Part shown: positions 52,796-64,000 of the stretch, in pieces | How positions within the stretch are numbered: position 1 is the stretch's first letter | Layout of the letters: every line of letters starts with the position of its first letter | Assembly: GCF_006345805.1 (NCBI RefSeq) | Contig: NC_043012.1 | Location: forward strand, 45,508,001 to 45,572,000 | DNA: 64,000 nt | Direction of reading: 5' to 3' | Source: Octopus sinensis | Lineage: Eukaryota | Position numbers and translations under genes: made by a program | The notes under the pieces: model-generated | What the model saw: only the letters and a program-made list of their open reading frames with translations | What the model was told of the DNA's origin: nothing | The model's database searches: none

Positions 52796-53030
52796 GCTGC
52801 TGCGGCTACTGCACTGCTTCTGCTGCTACTGTTGCCATGTCTACCGCTGTTAGTGCTTCTGCTACCATTGTTGTTACTGTTAGTTGAAATTTGTACAATG
52901 ACTGTCTTATTCCCCTCCTACTCCTACCCCTCCCCCGTATTGTTGCCCGTGACGGGGGGAAGGGGAGGGAAGACTTCTTCCATTACCACATTGTTAGTAC
53001 AATTTGTTTTGTTTTTCTCAACTCATTCAT
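49795..53030 (-). mobile_element. Tx1/L1-like LINE with ORF1, APE endonuclease and 3' end; RT domain deleted
   Basis: On the minus strand, a low-complexity ORF1 N-terminus with SFAAVAA precedes a zinc knuckle CFTCGETTH(L)RRRC with a 1-bp slip (~52002-51959). The endonuclease gives LNALRSLELDIIPVSETRI, GGGVEVVFRKELDL...VAAYAP and SDHKLV...GY*KL. The sequence then jumps directly to the C-terminal LINFFKFYLKRKMRVERE. The 3' end gtagctaataaatgaaa is followed by (TTA)n. Confidence 0.8.
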
Positions 53031-53304
53031 GATGCACTCCACCATCTTGCTGAGTTGTATTTGATTCAATTAAATTTAACGCCCACCGAAGTTGTTTGGT
53101 GGGCCAAAAATCGCCCCTCTGGGGGCTTAACAACCATACAAAACCAGTAATAGGTTCATGGTGTTTCTATTCACAACTTGGAATAAAATAACTATTAAAA
53201 ATCACACAAATCCTGGTGTAAATGAATATTTTGAACTAGACTTACTTGGAGCGTTCGAAAACACGTCCAATGTGTTCCGCAGCAAATGTAATAACAGTAA
53301 TAAT

Positions 53305-53308
53305 GATG

Positions 53309-53382
<74 letters not shown>

Positions 53383-53394
53383 TAATAATAATAA

Positions 53395-53425
<31 letters not shown>

Positions 53426-53442
53426 AAGAAGAAGAAGAAGAA
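53305..53442. repeat. (TAA)n followed by (GAA)n
   Basis: Direct inspection; forms the 5' junction of the Dong fragment. Confidence 0.95.
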
Positions 53443-54884
53443 TGTTATCGCAGAGTAAGAGCAATACTCAAGACAGAGCTAAATGCCAGAAACAGGATCG
53501 AAGCGATCAATGCTTTAGCCATACCAATATCGTTAACTGGTCAATTACTGATATATGTAATCTTGACAGAAAAATACGAAAACTGTTGACAATGCATAGA
53601 ATGCACCACCCTAAGGCAGATATAGAACGACTTTATCTGCCAAGAAAAGAGGGAGGCCGTGGACTTTTACAACTGGCAATGACAATGAAGATTGCTACAA
53701 TTGGCCTAGACACCTACCTGAAAAACTCTGAGGACTGGATGTTAAAACTTGTCTCAAAACATGAAAACAAGAAAGCATCATACTCAGTAACAAAACAGGC
53801 AAAGGAATATCTAAGTGAATTCCGAATACAACAAATTTCGGAATCAGACATACAAGAAACAAGCACAGAAAAAGCTAAGCGCATGAAAACCCGTGCTAAA
53901 ACTGCTGCCTTAGATATTCTGAATGCTAAATGGCAAGAAAAACCTCTCTATGGGAAATACCCAAAGAGAGCGAATAATGCAGATGTTGACAAAGCCCTGA
54001 CACATCAATAGCTAATGGCCTCTGGCTTAAAATATGAAACAGAAGGGTTTATCATAGCAGCTCAAGATCAATGCCTACCAACAAGGAACTACCAGGCCAA
54101 CACATTAAAGAACGGCAGTAGCCCAACATGTCGTGTATGCCGACAACAAAATGAAAATATTGACCATGTTGTCTCCAAGTGCAGTCTTCTAGCGCCTACA
54201 GAGTATCTCAACAGGCATGATAGAGCTGCACAATATATTCACTGGGTAATCTGCAAAAACCTGGATTTGCCCCATGAAAAAAACTGGTGGGAACACAAAT
54301 CACCTCCAGTGCTTGAAAATGACCAAATCTCACTCCTCTGGAACGTCCCCATTCAAACTGACAGAAAGATAGATGCAAATAGGCCAGACATCATATTGAA
54401 AGACTTCAAACAAAGAACATGCCTCCTCATTGATATGACTGTCCCAATCGATATAAACGTATCTGTCAAGACCTACCAAAAACTGAGCAAATATAAAGAT
54501 CTTGAAATAGAAATCAGCAAAATGTGGAACCTGAAGACTAAAACAATACATGTTGTCATAGGTGCCCTGGGAATGATAGCAAAAGGGGCTGATCGCTACC
54601 TAACACAGATACCAGGAAACCCCAAAATGGCAGAAAATTCAAAAGATAGTGCTCATGGGAACTGCTCATATCCAACGCAAAATACTTTCTATGTAACCTC
54701 AAGTTTTAAAACAAACATAACTTTCGTTTTTTTTAGGCATTCACTAGTACAACACTAAATACAAAACCAAATATATGGCACACTAGGCATAACAACAATA
54801 CGAACTTCCAACCTGTTGCCTCTTGAGGTCTCTGGGTGAGACTTGGAGCCAACTTGTACAAATGTAAAGCAAAAGTCAAACATA

Positions 54885-54885
<1 letters not shown>
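53440..54885 (+). mobile_element. 5'-truncated R4/Dong-clade retrotransposon (lineage A): post-RT region, CCHC, RLE endonuclease, 3' UTR
   Basis: ECYRRVRAILKTELNA, MHHPKADIERLYLPRKEGGRGL, GLKYETEGFIIAAQDQCLPT, CRVCRQQNENIDHVVSKC (CCHC), and RPDIILKD...LIDMTVP...KLSKYKDL (PD-D/ExK RLE). It is flanked by (GAA)n/(TAA)n and (TAA)n. Confidence 0.92.
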
Positions 54886-54965
<80 letters not shown>

Positions 54966-54970
54966 CAACA

Positions 54971-55003
<33 letters not shown>

Positions 55004-55026
55004 ATAATAATAATACTTATAATAAT

Positions 55027-55063
<37 letters not shown>

Positions 55064-55107
55064 ATAACAACAACAACAACAACAACAATAATAATATAAT
55101 AATAATA

Positions 55108-55196
<89 letters not shown>

Positions 55197-55214
55197 TAAT
55201 AATAATAATAATAA
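54886..55214. repeat. (TAA)n/(CAA)n compound microsatellite
   Basis: Direct inspection. Confidence 0.95.
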
Positions 55215-56169
55215 TTGTGACTATTTAGCATTCCTTTCCTCTATGACTTTTCGAATATATAAGTGTCTCTTTTATTGTAACAACACTCTTGCAATCTTCC
55301 GGCTATCTAGCTTTGTCAGTTTCTAAATAATTCGTTCTCTGTGAGTACATAATCCTTTAATTTCTCAAAGCGTCTCGAACACCTAAACATCCCTTACTCA
55401 TCTTGGAAAATGTGTAGATCTTCCAAACATTCTCCATATGTGATAAACATGCATCAGGTAAGCAACTGTAAATATTTACAAACTGCACAATTACGAAAAC
55501 TGTCAATCACTGCAAAACTTATAAAAAGAAAAGGAAAAAATCAGTGGTGTAAATATCAGAATATATATTATTATTTTTTCTATCAGTAATTAAAACAGAA
55601 CAAGTTTGGCTGGTTCTTTCCAGGATCACGGTGTTCATTGATCTCTGTGGTAGTAAATACATATTTAATCTCTACTGATCTCGAGGGAGTGGCGCTTCTT
55701 TTATTTTTTGATCGCACATGAATGCGAAGTCTCCATTGTTGATATCCTTGTCACCATCTGCTGAAACTTTTCACAGACTGGTGGTATTTAGCACTCCTAC
55801 TATCCCCTCGACTCTCACGTGTTTATGAATATCACCAGTACAAGGCAAAAGTCAAAATTAAACAACATTTAATACTACTACACAGCTGTAAGAGCAACTA
55901 AATTCTACAGTAGCTTATGACAACGATGATAACAGATACAATGTTGCTATGGTTACAAGGATAGCTGGAAGCAGTATTGGGGGTAGCTACCGATGATCGC
56001 TGCTACTGTAATGAAAAGGTAAAAGTAATTGTAACAGTAATAATGGGGAACTTGACAATGGCTGAGATAATAACAGTTTCTACATCAGCCACACAGAGTT
56101 TAATACTTCTAATATTAATGTAGCACTAAGCAGAAATGAAAATTAAAACCGTACCCGAAATCACTGTTC

Positions 56170-57200
56170 TATGACTAAACTGGAAGCATGTACCCCCAGT
56201 AGGGGACCAGCCTGCAGTCGGAATGTCATCCACTGGTACAAACTCTTCTCTGAATATAACCCTGGGTAGTTACTTGAACAGGGACTGCCCCAACTCGAGC
56301 ACTCCATGTTCAACACCACAGCCATCACAGAAAGAAAAATGTAAGAGGATCAAATGAACCCGAGAAGAATACAGAGAAGTAATATACGCTTATTATTATG
56401 CATTAGGTAGGCCATCTGAAGTGAAACACAACGCACACTCTGATCAAATATGAAGAATTCGAAATGTAGACAGTAGACTATATTTCGACGAAAATAAGTA
56501 AGATAATGTTAGGAGGGATACCTTTAGAAATAACCACAATCAGACACGCGCAGAAAATGAACTAAATATAAAACAGAAAAGAAATGAAGAATCAGACGAA
56601 GAAAGCAACTCCCCACGTGTCTCAATTGAAAGACTGCTATCTGACCAGAACAAATGTTTGGAGAAATAAATTGTAATGAACCTGATAAGTAGTGTCAGGA
56701 AAGTGGTTAAGAAGCAGTATTTGGCGACTACACATTAGCAGAAGAACACTGATTATCTTCAATATAAACGAAGCAGAAAATCCTGAATAAGCTTACAATT
56801 GTCAGACATTCCTATATGAATGAATTAATTCAGTTATTCAATGAATGAACCAGATTGGTTAGCAAGTGTTATTACTTACCTACTTCCACAGAATAATGAA
56901 ACCAAATTTCTCCAAACTATCGGCCCATAACCTGTCTATGTAGCACGTATAAGATTTGAACATCCATCCTCGTGTAGAAAACCTACGCATTTACAGAAGA
57001 GAACGATATTTTCTTACCTGAAGTAAAAGAGGGCCGACGAGGATCATTAGGATGCAAAGATCAACTCCTAATCAATCGTAAGATCCTCGAGAACTGTCAT
57101 AACAAATGCAGAAATCTCAGTTCTGCATCGATTGATTATAAAAATTCCTTTGACAGCATACGTCATGCATGGATCTTAAAATGGCGGGAATCGTTAATAA
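56170..57200 (+). mobile_element. Old degenerate R4/Dong 5' half (lineage C), copy 1
   Basis: KRIK*TREEYREVIYAYYYA is homologous to KRRKWTREEYISILHAYF at ~59800. It is followed by TYLLPQNNET..NYRPITCLCSTYKI, GSLGCKDQLLIN and IDYKNSFDSIRHAWI (RT domains 1-3), and then stops at (TAA)n. Confidence 0.75.
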
Positions 57201-57201
57201 C

Positions 57202-57239
<38 letters not shown>

Positions 57240-58219
57240 TAATAATAATAATAATAATAATAATTGTGACTATTTAGCATTCCTTTCCTCTATGACTTTT
57301 CGAATATATAAGTGTCTCTTTTATTGTAACAACACTCTTGCAATCTTCCGGCTATCTAGCTTTGTCAGTTTCTAAATAATTCGTTCTCTGTGAGTACATA
57401 ATCCTTTAATTTCTCAAAGCGTCTCGAACACCTAAACATCCCTTACTCATCTTGGAAAATGTGTAGATCTTCCAAACATTCTCCATATGTGATAAACATG
57501 CATCAGGTAAGCAACTGTAAATATTTACAAACTGCACAATTACGAAAACTGTCAATCACTGCAAAACTTATAAAAAGAAAAGGAAAAAATCAGTGGTGTA
57601 AATATCAGAATATATATTATTATTTTTTCTATCAGTAATTAAAACAGAACAAGTTTGGCTGGTTCTTTCCAGGATCACGGTGTTCATTGATCTCTGTGGT
57701 AGTAAATACATATTTAATCTCTACTGATCTCGAGGGAGTGGCGCTTCTTTTATTTTTTGATCGCACATGAATGCGAAGTCTCCATTGTTGATATCCTTGT
57801 CACCATCTGCTGAAACTTTTCACAGACTGGTGGTATTTAGCACTCCTACTATCCCCTCGACTCTCACGTGTTTATGAATATCACCAGTACAAGGCAAAAG
57901 TCAAAATTAAACAACATTTAATACTACTACACAGCTGTAAGAGCAACTAAATTCTACAGTAGCTTATGACAACGATGATAACAGATACAATGTTGCTATG
58001 GTTACAAGGATAGCTGGAAGCAGTATTGGGGGTAGCTACCGATGATCGCTGCTACTGTAATGAAAAGGTAAAAGTAATTGTAACAGTAATAATGGGGAAC
58101 TTGACAATGGCTGAGATAATAACAGTTTCTACATCAGCCACACAGAGTTTAATACTTCTAATATTAATGTAGCACTAAGCAGAAATGAAAATTAAAACCG
58201 TACCCGAAATCACTTGTTC

Positions 58220-59252
58220 TATGACTAAACTGGAAGCATGTACCCCCAGTAGGGGACCAGCCTGCAGTCGGAATGTCATCCACTGGTACAAACTCTTCTC
58301 TGAATATAACCCTGGGTAGTTACTTGAACAGGGACTGCCCCAACTCGAGCACTCCATGTTCAACACCACAGCCATCACAGAAAGAAAAATGTAAGAGGAT
58401 CAAATGAACCCGAGAAGAATACAGAGAAGTAATATACGCTTATTATTATGCATTAGGTAGGCCATCTGAAGTGAAACACAACGCACACTCTGATCAAATA
58501 TGAAGAATTCGAAATGTAGACAGTAGACTATATTTCGACGAAAATAAGTAAGATAATGTTAGGAGGGATACCTTTAGAAATAACCACAATCAGACACGCG
58601 GCAGAAAATGAACTAAATATAAAACAGAAAAGAAATGAAGAATCAGACGAAGAAAGCAACTCCCCACGTGTCTCAATTGAAAGACTGCTATCTGACCAGA
58701 ACAAATGTTTGGAGAAATAAATTGTAATGAACCTGATAAGTAGTGTCAGGAAAGTGGTTAAGAAGCAGTATTTGGCGACTACACATTAGCAGAAGAACAC
58801 TGATTATCTTCAATATAAACGAAGCAGAAAATCCTGAATAAGCTTACAATTGTCAGACATTCCTATATGAATGAATTAATTCAGTTATTCAATGAATGAA
58901 CCAGATTGGTTAGCAAGTGTTATTACTTACCTACTTCCACAGAATAATGAAACCAAATTTCTCCCAAACTATCGGCCCATAACCTGTCTATGTAGCACGT
59001 ATAAGATTTGAACATCCATCCTCGTGTAGAAAACCTACGCATTTACAGAAGAGAACGATATTTTCTTACCTGAAGTAAAAGAGGGCCGACGAGGATCATT
59101 AGGATGCAAAGATCAACTCCTAATCAATCGTAAGATCCTCGAGAACTGTCATAACAAATGCAGAAATCTCAGTTCTGCATCGATTGATTATAAAAATTCC
59201 TTTGACAGCATACGTCATGCATGGATCTTAAAATGGCGGGAATCGTTAATAA
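58220..59252 (+). mobile_element. Old degenerate R4/Dong 5' half (lineage C), duplicated copy 2
   Basis: Same motifs as 56170-57200, as part of the tandem duplication. Confidence 0.75.
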
Positions 59253-59253
59253 C

Positions 59254-59332
<79 letters not shown>

Positions 59333-59334
<2 letters not shown>

Positions 59335-62300
59335 TGTAAGAAGGAAAATACAGAGCTCCGAAATCTATCCACAAACATCGAAAACAAGGACACCCTATGG
59401 AGCCAAAGATTTACTAACAAAGAATTGGACTATATCCGAGTAAGTAATACGAATTGAAATTTATTACTATTTTCGAAACGAAATGATGTATTTTGACTCG
59501 ATATTATCTCCACCTCTAACACAACACATGTAAACATGCGTGGACCGACACGATCATCCCCGACCTCAAACACCATGTACAAAGGAACTACGAAGAAATT
59601 AAATGCCACCGATACTATTCAACCCAAGAATAACAATCGAGCGGTACGTACATTAAACCTGCAACAAAAAATGTACGAAAAACTACACGTGCGAAATAAT
59701 GTGACAACAGAAATAAACGGACCGGTACCCTACGAAAATGACGACCGTCAAAATAATGGGCCGGACGTTGTACCTCATGTCCCGCAATTAAAACCCAAAA
59801 GACGTAAATGGACACGTGAGGAATACATTTCTATCTTACACGCATACTTCACAGCAATGCTCTACCCACAAAATGAAAATACAACAACACATACATATAA
59901 AATATGGAAGGAAAATAATAGAGATATAGACTTGGATACAGCAATGAACCCTAATAAATTAGCTAACGTACGAAGATACATTCTCAAAGCCAAAAAAATA
60001 TCAGAAATAGAAATAGAACATTTAAAAGAAAAATACACCAGGAAAATGTAGATAGAAGCCACACAACAATGCCCAATAATATAAACACTGAAACTGTAAA
60101 ACACGAAGACAAACGCAACATTCCCAACAAATACGATGTAAACAACGAAGGGGAGCCTAATGATTATGATAATAAAAAATAAAATAATCAAAGAACAAAA
60201 AACCACAGAGCTCAAAATGGACCACCGACCATACCTCCCAAGAATAAAAATAAACACAATAACAACACCAATTATAAACAACATAAACCTAGCCGTCACT
60301 GAACTAGCCACTGAAACAAAAAAGTGATATCACTGAACTAAATGACTTGATATACGCAGCAGCCACTGCAGCCACAAAAGAAGCTGGATACACACCAAAC
60401 CCGCCCAAACAGGAGTACCACCACCCAAACAAACCTGTGGATAAATAACATCCAAAACAAAATTAAAAAAATTAGAAAAGACCTGTCGATTCTTAATGAA
60501 ATCAGCAAACAAGCAACGCTACTGAGCAACAAAAAGAGAACAAAAATGCTCCGCAAATATAACATCATACAAAAAGATTTGCCGGAGATAAAAGAAAAGC
60601 TGAAGCAAGATATCCTTGCCAAAGCTCAAAGGATCCGCCGGTACGAGAAACGCCAACGCTTCTTTGAACAGAACAAAAAGTTCAACTCCGACCCCCAAAA
60701 GTTCTACCAAGAACTGGGCAAAAATAAAATAGAAGTCACTGCAGCACCAACGGCAGAAGAATTGGAAGAATTCTGGAAAGAAATATGGTCGGCGAACGAA
60801 CAGCCAAAAAAAAGGAGTATGAAAATAACAAACTCGGCATCTGAACAACATTGGACCCCCATAACAACTGAAGAGGTCACCCAGGCACTGCAAAAACTAA
60901 GCAACTGGAAGGCACCTGGGCATGACAAGATCCCCAACTTCTGGTTGAAATATCTAACAGGAATGCACAAAAAGCTGGCTGAAAACTTTAACAGCATACT
61001 AGCAGAGCCAGAGACAATGCCTGAATGGCTCACGAAGGGGAAAACCATCTTAATTCCCAAATCAAATGAAACAACAAAACCAGAAAACTACAGACCAATA
61101 ACCTGCCTCCCTACTATGTTCAAGGCATTTACTGCAGTGATATCGCAAAGGCTGAACAAGCACCTGGACGAAAACAAACTGTTCCCAGAAGAGCAGAAAG
61201 GATGCCGCAAGGCTCATATGGCTGTAAAGATCAACTAATGATTAATAAAGCCGTAACTGAAGACAGCCACAGAAAGAAGAAAGGTCTCAGTATGGCCTGG
61301 ATTGACTACAAAAAGGCGTTTGATAGCATCCCCCACACATGGATCCTCGAAACACTAGCCATTAACAAAGTAGCACCAACAATCATAAAATTCATAGAGC
61401 ACTCTATGAATAAATGGCAAACAGTCCTACACCTCCAAACAAAAGAGGGATTCATGAAAACCAAAGACATCCCCATTAGAAGAGGAATATTCCAGGGAGA
61501 CACGCTCTCTCCACTCCTTTTCTGCTTGGCACTGTCACCTCTATCTGATATGCTAAATAGAACTGGATGCGGATATAAATGTTACGGCAAAACGATCAGC
61601 CACCTTTTATATATGGATGACCTAAAACTATACGCTGCAAATGACAAACAGCTGGAAACACTATTAAAGACAGTTCATGGATCTACCAAAGAAATAGATA
61701 TGAAATTGGATTAGAAAAATGCGCCAAAGTAACATGAAAAGAGGAAAACTAGTTAAGAGTAACAACATCACACTAGATAAAACCAATGAAATAAAAGAAT
61801 TAGACCAAAGCCAAACTTACAAATACTTAGGAATCCATGAACTAGATAAGACACAAAACACACAAATGAAAGAGAAAATAAAAAAAAAATATTATAGACG
61901 AGTTAGATCAATACTAAAAACAGAGCTCAATGCTAAAAACAAGATAATGTATCAACACTTTAGCTGTCCCAGTTATAAGTTACAGCTACAATATCCTTAA
62001 CTGGACACGAAATGAACTGTCCAAAATAGATAGGAAAACAAGAAAAATACTGACAGGATCTAGGATGCATCACCCAAAATCTGACATAGAAAGACTATAT
62101 ATACAACGTATAGAAGGTGGTAGAGGCCTTATACAGCTGGAAAACTACTATAAAATAACCACCATAGGACTGCAAAAATACCTACTTCAGAAGGAAGGAA
62201 AACTGATCCAGATAGCAGCAAAACACGAGCAAAACAAAAACTGTTCTCAGTATTTAAGGAAGCTGACAAATACAAACAAGAAATCATACCACCTAATAAA

Positions 62301-63264
62301 CACAAAGAAGAAGAGGAAGATGATGAAGAAACAACAAAAGCTATAAAACAAATGAAATCCAAACTAAAAATAGAACAGCAACGAGCCATGAAAAACGATG
62401 GCAAGAAAAACACCTTCATGGTAAATACTGCACTAAACTAAACGCGCAAAAGAAATAGACAAAGAAAAATCCAGCAATGGTTGAGAAGCTCAGGACTCAA
62501 AGCAGAAACAGAAGGATTTTTAATTGCAGCACAAGACCAAAGCCTCCCCACCAGAAATTACCAAAAACATGTAATGAAAAGAAATATTACAAGTAACTGC
62601 AGAATATGTGGAGATGGACAAGAAACAATAAATCATATTATCTCTAGCTGCCCAGTCCTGGCTAAGAAGGAATATATCACAGACATGACAGAGTTGGAAC
62701 CTACATACATTGGAAGCTATGCCAACATTATGGAATAACAACAGAAAAAAGATGGTATAGGCACACACCAGAAAAGGTCACAGAAAACGAGAAAGCAACC
62801 ATACTCTGGGATATGCCGATACACACAGATAGAGAAATTAAGGCCAACAGACCAGATATAGTTGTCAGAGATCATGAAGAAAAAAATGCTTTCTAATTGA
62901 TGTATCAATACCGGCAGATGACAACGTGTCTCTAAAAAAGAAATGGAGAAACTCTCAAAATACAAAGACCTGGAAATAGAGGTAACTAGAATGTGGAACC
63001 TGAAAACAGAAACAATTCCTATCATAGTAGGTGCATTAGGCATGATAAAAAAATATTCAGACAAATACATAACAAAAACACCAGGACTTACAAACACATA
63101 TAACATACAGAAAATTGCACTACTAGGCACTGCACACATCCTACGCAGAACACTTTCCATACAATAACCATCAGAGCATCACAACAAATCACAGCACATA
63201 CCCAAGGCACACAGAGCTGCGCTCGGTAGTGAAGTGAAAGCACGCTATAAAAATAAAACTACTG
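59333..63264 (+). mobile_element. Near-full-length R4/Dong-clade non-LTR retrotransposon (lineage B) inserted in (TAA)n
   Basis: It is bounded by (TAA)n on both sides, carries a single long RT-CCHC-RLE coding region and has a short 3' UTR. Dong-family elements are known to target TAA repeats. Confidence 0.93.
59536..63167 (+). pseudogene. Dong RT-RLE polyprotein, split by multiple 1-bp frameshifts
   Basis: KRRKWTREEY (N-terminal domain), WKAPGHDKIPNFW, NYRPITCLPTMFK, IDYKKAFDSIPH, GIFQGDTLSPLLF, YMDDLKLYA, MHHPKSDIERLY..GGRGL, CRICGDGQETINHIISSC, RPDIVVRD, KLSKYKDLEIE and QKIALLGTAHILRRTL. Confidence 0.9.
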
Positions 63265-63367
<103 letters not shown>

Positions 63368-63454
63368 GTTTCAAATATTGGCTAATAGCTAGCAAATTCA
63401 GGGGAAGGGAAAGTCGATTGTATATGAGAAAAAAAAATGAATACACGAGTTGAT

Positions 63455-63506
63455 TTAATTACAACGATCGTTTCGACTCCTCTTGCATCGGTCCATCACG
63501 GTGATT
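63455..63506 (-). ncRNA. Degenerate minimal hammerhead-like motif
   Basis: The minus strand reads AATCAC CGTGATG GAC ...GTC GAA ACGATCGT T GTAATT. Stem II (GAC/GTC), the palindromic stem III and stem I (5/6 pairs) are present, but the CUGANGA box is mutated. Confidence 0.35.
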
Positions 63507-63764
63507 CGTGTTTTCACAAACTCTTTCGAAATGTTTCATTAATTTTATAAAACGATTTTATTGGTTCAGATCTTATAATTTAGTTAAACCAAGTGTGGTC
63601 CATCCTAGCATTTTTCGTGTAAAGTCCATTCGCTTTTAAACGATATCTAAAACGATTTCGACTTTTCTATCTATACGGTTTATATATATATATATATATA
63701 TTATATATAACATTATTGGTGAATGAAGAAAGGAGCTGAACGCAGATTGAACAGAAGTCGTTTT

Positions 63765-63850
63765 ATTCATTCTACACGTGTTTCGAAAGGCACAAATTAC
63801 CAAAATCCGATTGAATAATGGGACCATATTGTGTCTTTCTCTTCAGGAAG
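63765..63850 (-). ncRNA. Minimal type-I hammerhead ribozyme with intact catalytic core
   Basis: The minus strand reads cttc-CTGAAGA-GAAAGACACAA-[loop]-TTGTGCCTTTC-GAA-ACACGTGT-A-gaatgaa. It has the CUGANGA core, a stem II with 10/11 pairs closed by G-C, GAAA, a palindromic stem III and a GUA cleavage triplet (predicted cut between 63773 and 63772). Stem I is (t)ttcttc/gaatgaa with one mismatch. Confidence 0.7.
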
Positions 63851-64000
63851 AAAAAAGGAAATCCGCTGGAAAAACAAACAGAACAGAGGCTGAGCAAAAC
63901 AAATCGAACTATGCTCCTAAGAGCCCATGGCGAAACTGTTTATCAGTGTATGTTGAGAACCGTGGCTGAAGAATTCGACGGGTCAGGCATCGGTCAATCA

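Larger units (their letters stand above)
55215..59253 (+). repeat. Tandem duplication of a ~1.99-kb unit (55215-57201 and 57264-59253), each bounded by (TAA)n
   Basis: The offset is 2049 bp at the start and 2052 bp at the end. Three 1-bp indels account for the change (cactgttc/cacttgttc, cgcgcag/cgcggcag, tctccaaa/tctcccaaa). I saw no substitutions in spot checks. Confidence 0.95.

Noticed and set aside
55371-55457. 87-nt phase-0 open exon candidate ending in cag|GTAAGC (duplicated in the second unit)
   Set aside because: The acceptor is an atypical AAG, the peptide is unrecognisable, and the site lies between retrotransposons.

Overview
AT-rich eukaryotic (animal) genomic DNA that looks intronic or intergenic. 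It is saturated with microsatellites and transposable elements. The SINE sequences resemble octopus/cephalopod SINEs as I recall them, so the taxon is an inference. I could not establish a host protein-coding gene, and most ORFs in the supplied track are microsatellite artefacts. Retroelements: R4/Dong-clade RT-RLE elements embedded in (TAA)n tracts (one near-full-length copy at 59333-63264, a 3' half, a solo 3' UTR, and an old 5' half inside a 2.05-kb tandem duplication); two deleted Tx1/L1-like LINEs plus a solo 3' end; Penelope-like GIY-YIG elements, including a head-to-head inverted pair; CR1/L2-like and HERO-like remnants; and several tRNA-derived SINE families. DNA elements: two mariner remnants, two Helitron-type elements (one with an open PIF1-helicase C-terminal fragment), and palindromic/TIR MITE-like elements. 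The most interesting signals are (i) a minimal type-I hammerhead ribozyme with an intact core at 63765-63850 on the minus strand, with related degenerate motifs elsewhere; (ii) a 3' tail shared between the commonest SINE and the Tx1-like LINEs, suggesting a SINE-LINE partnership; and (iii) a ~14-kb (TAA)n-anchored retrotransposon pile-up at 49.5-63.4 kb, whose youngest Dong copy may be intact apart from homopolymer errors.
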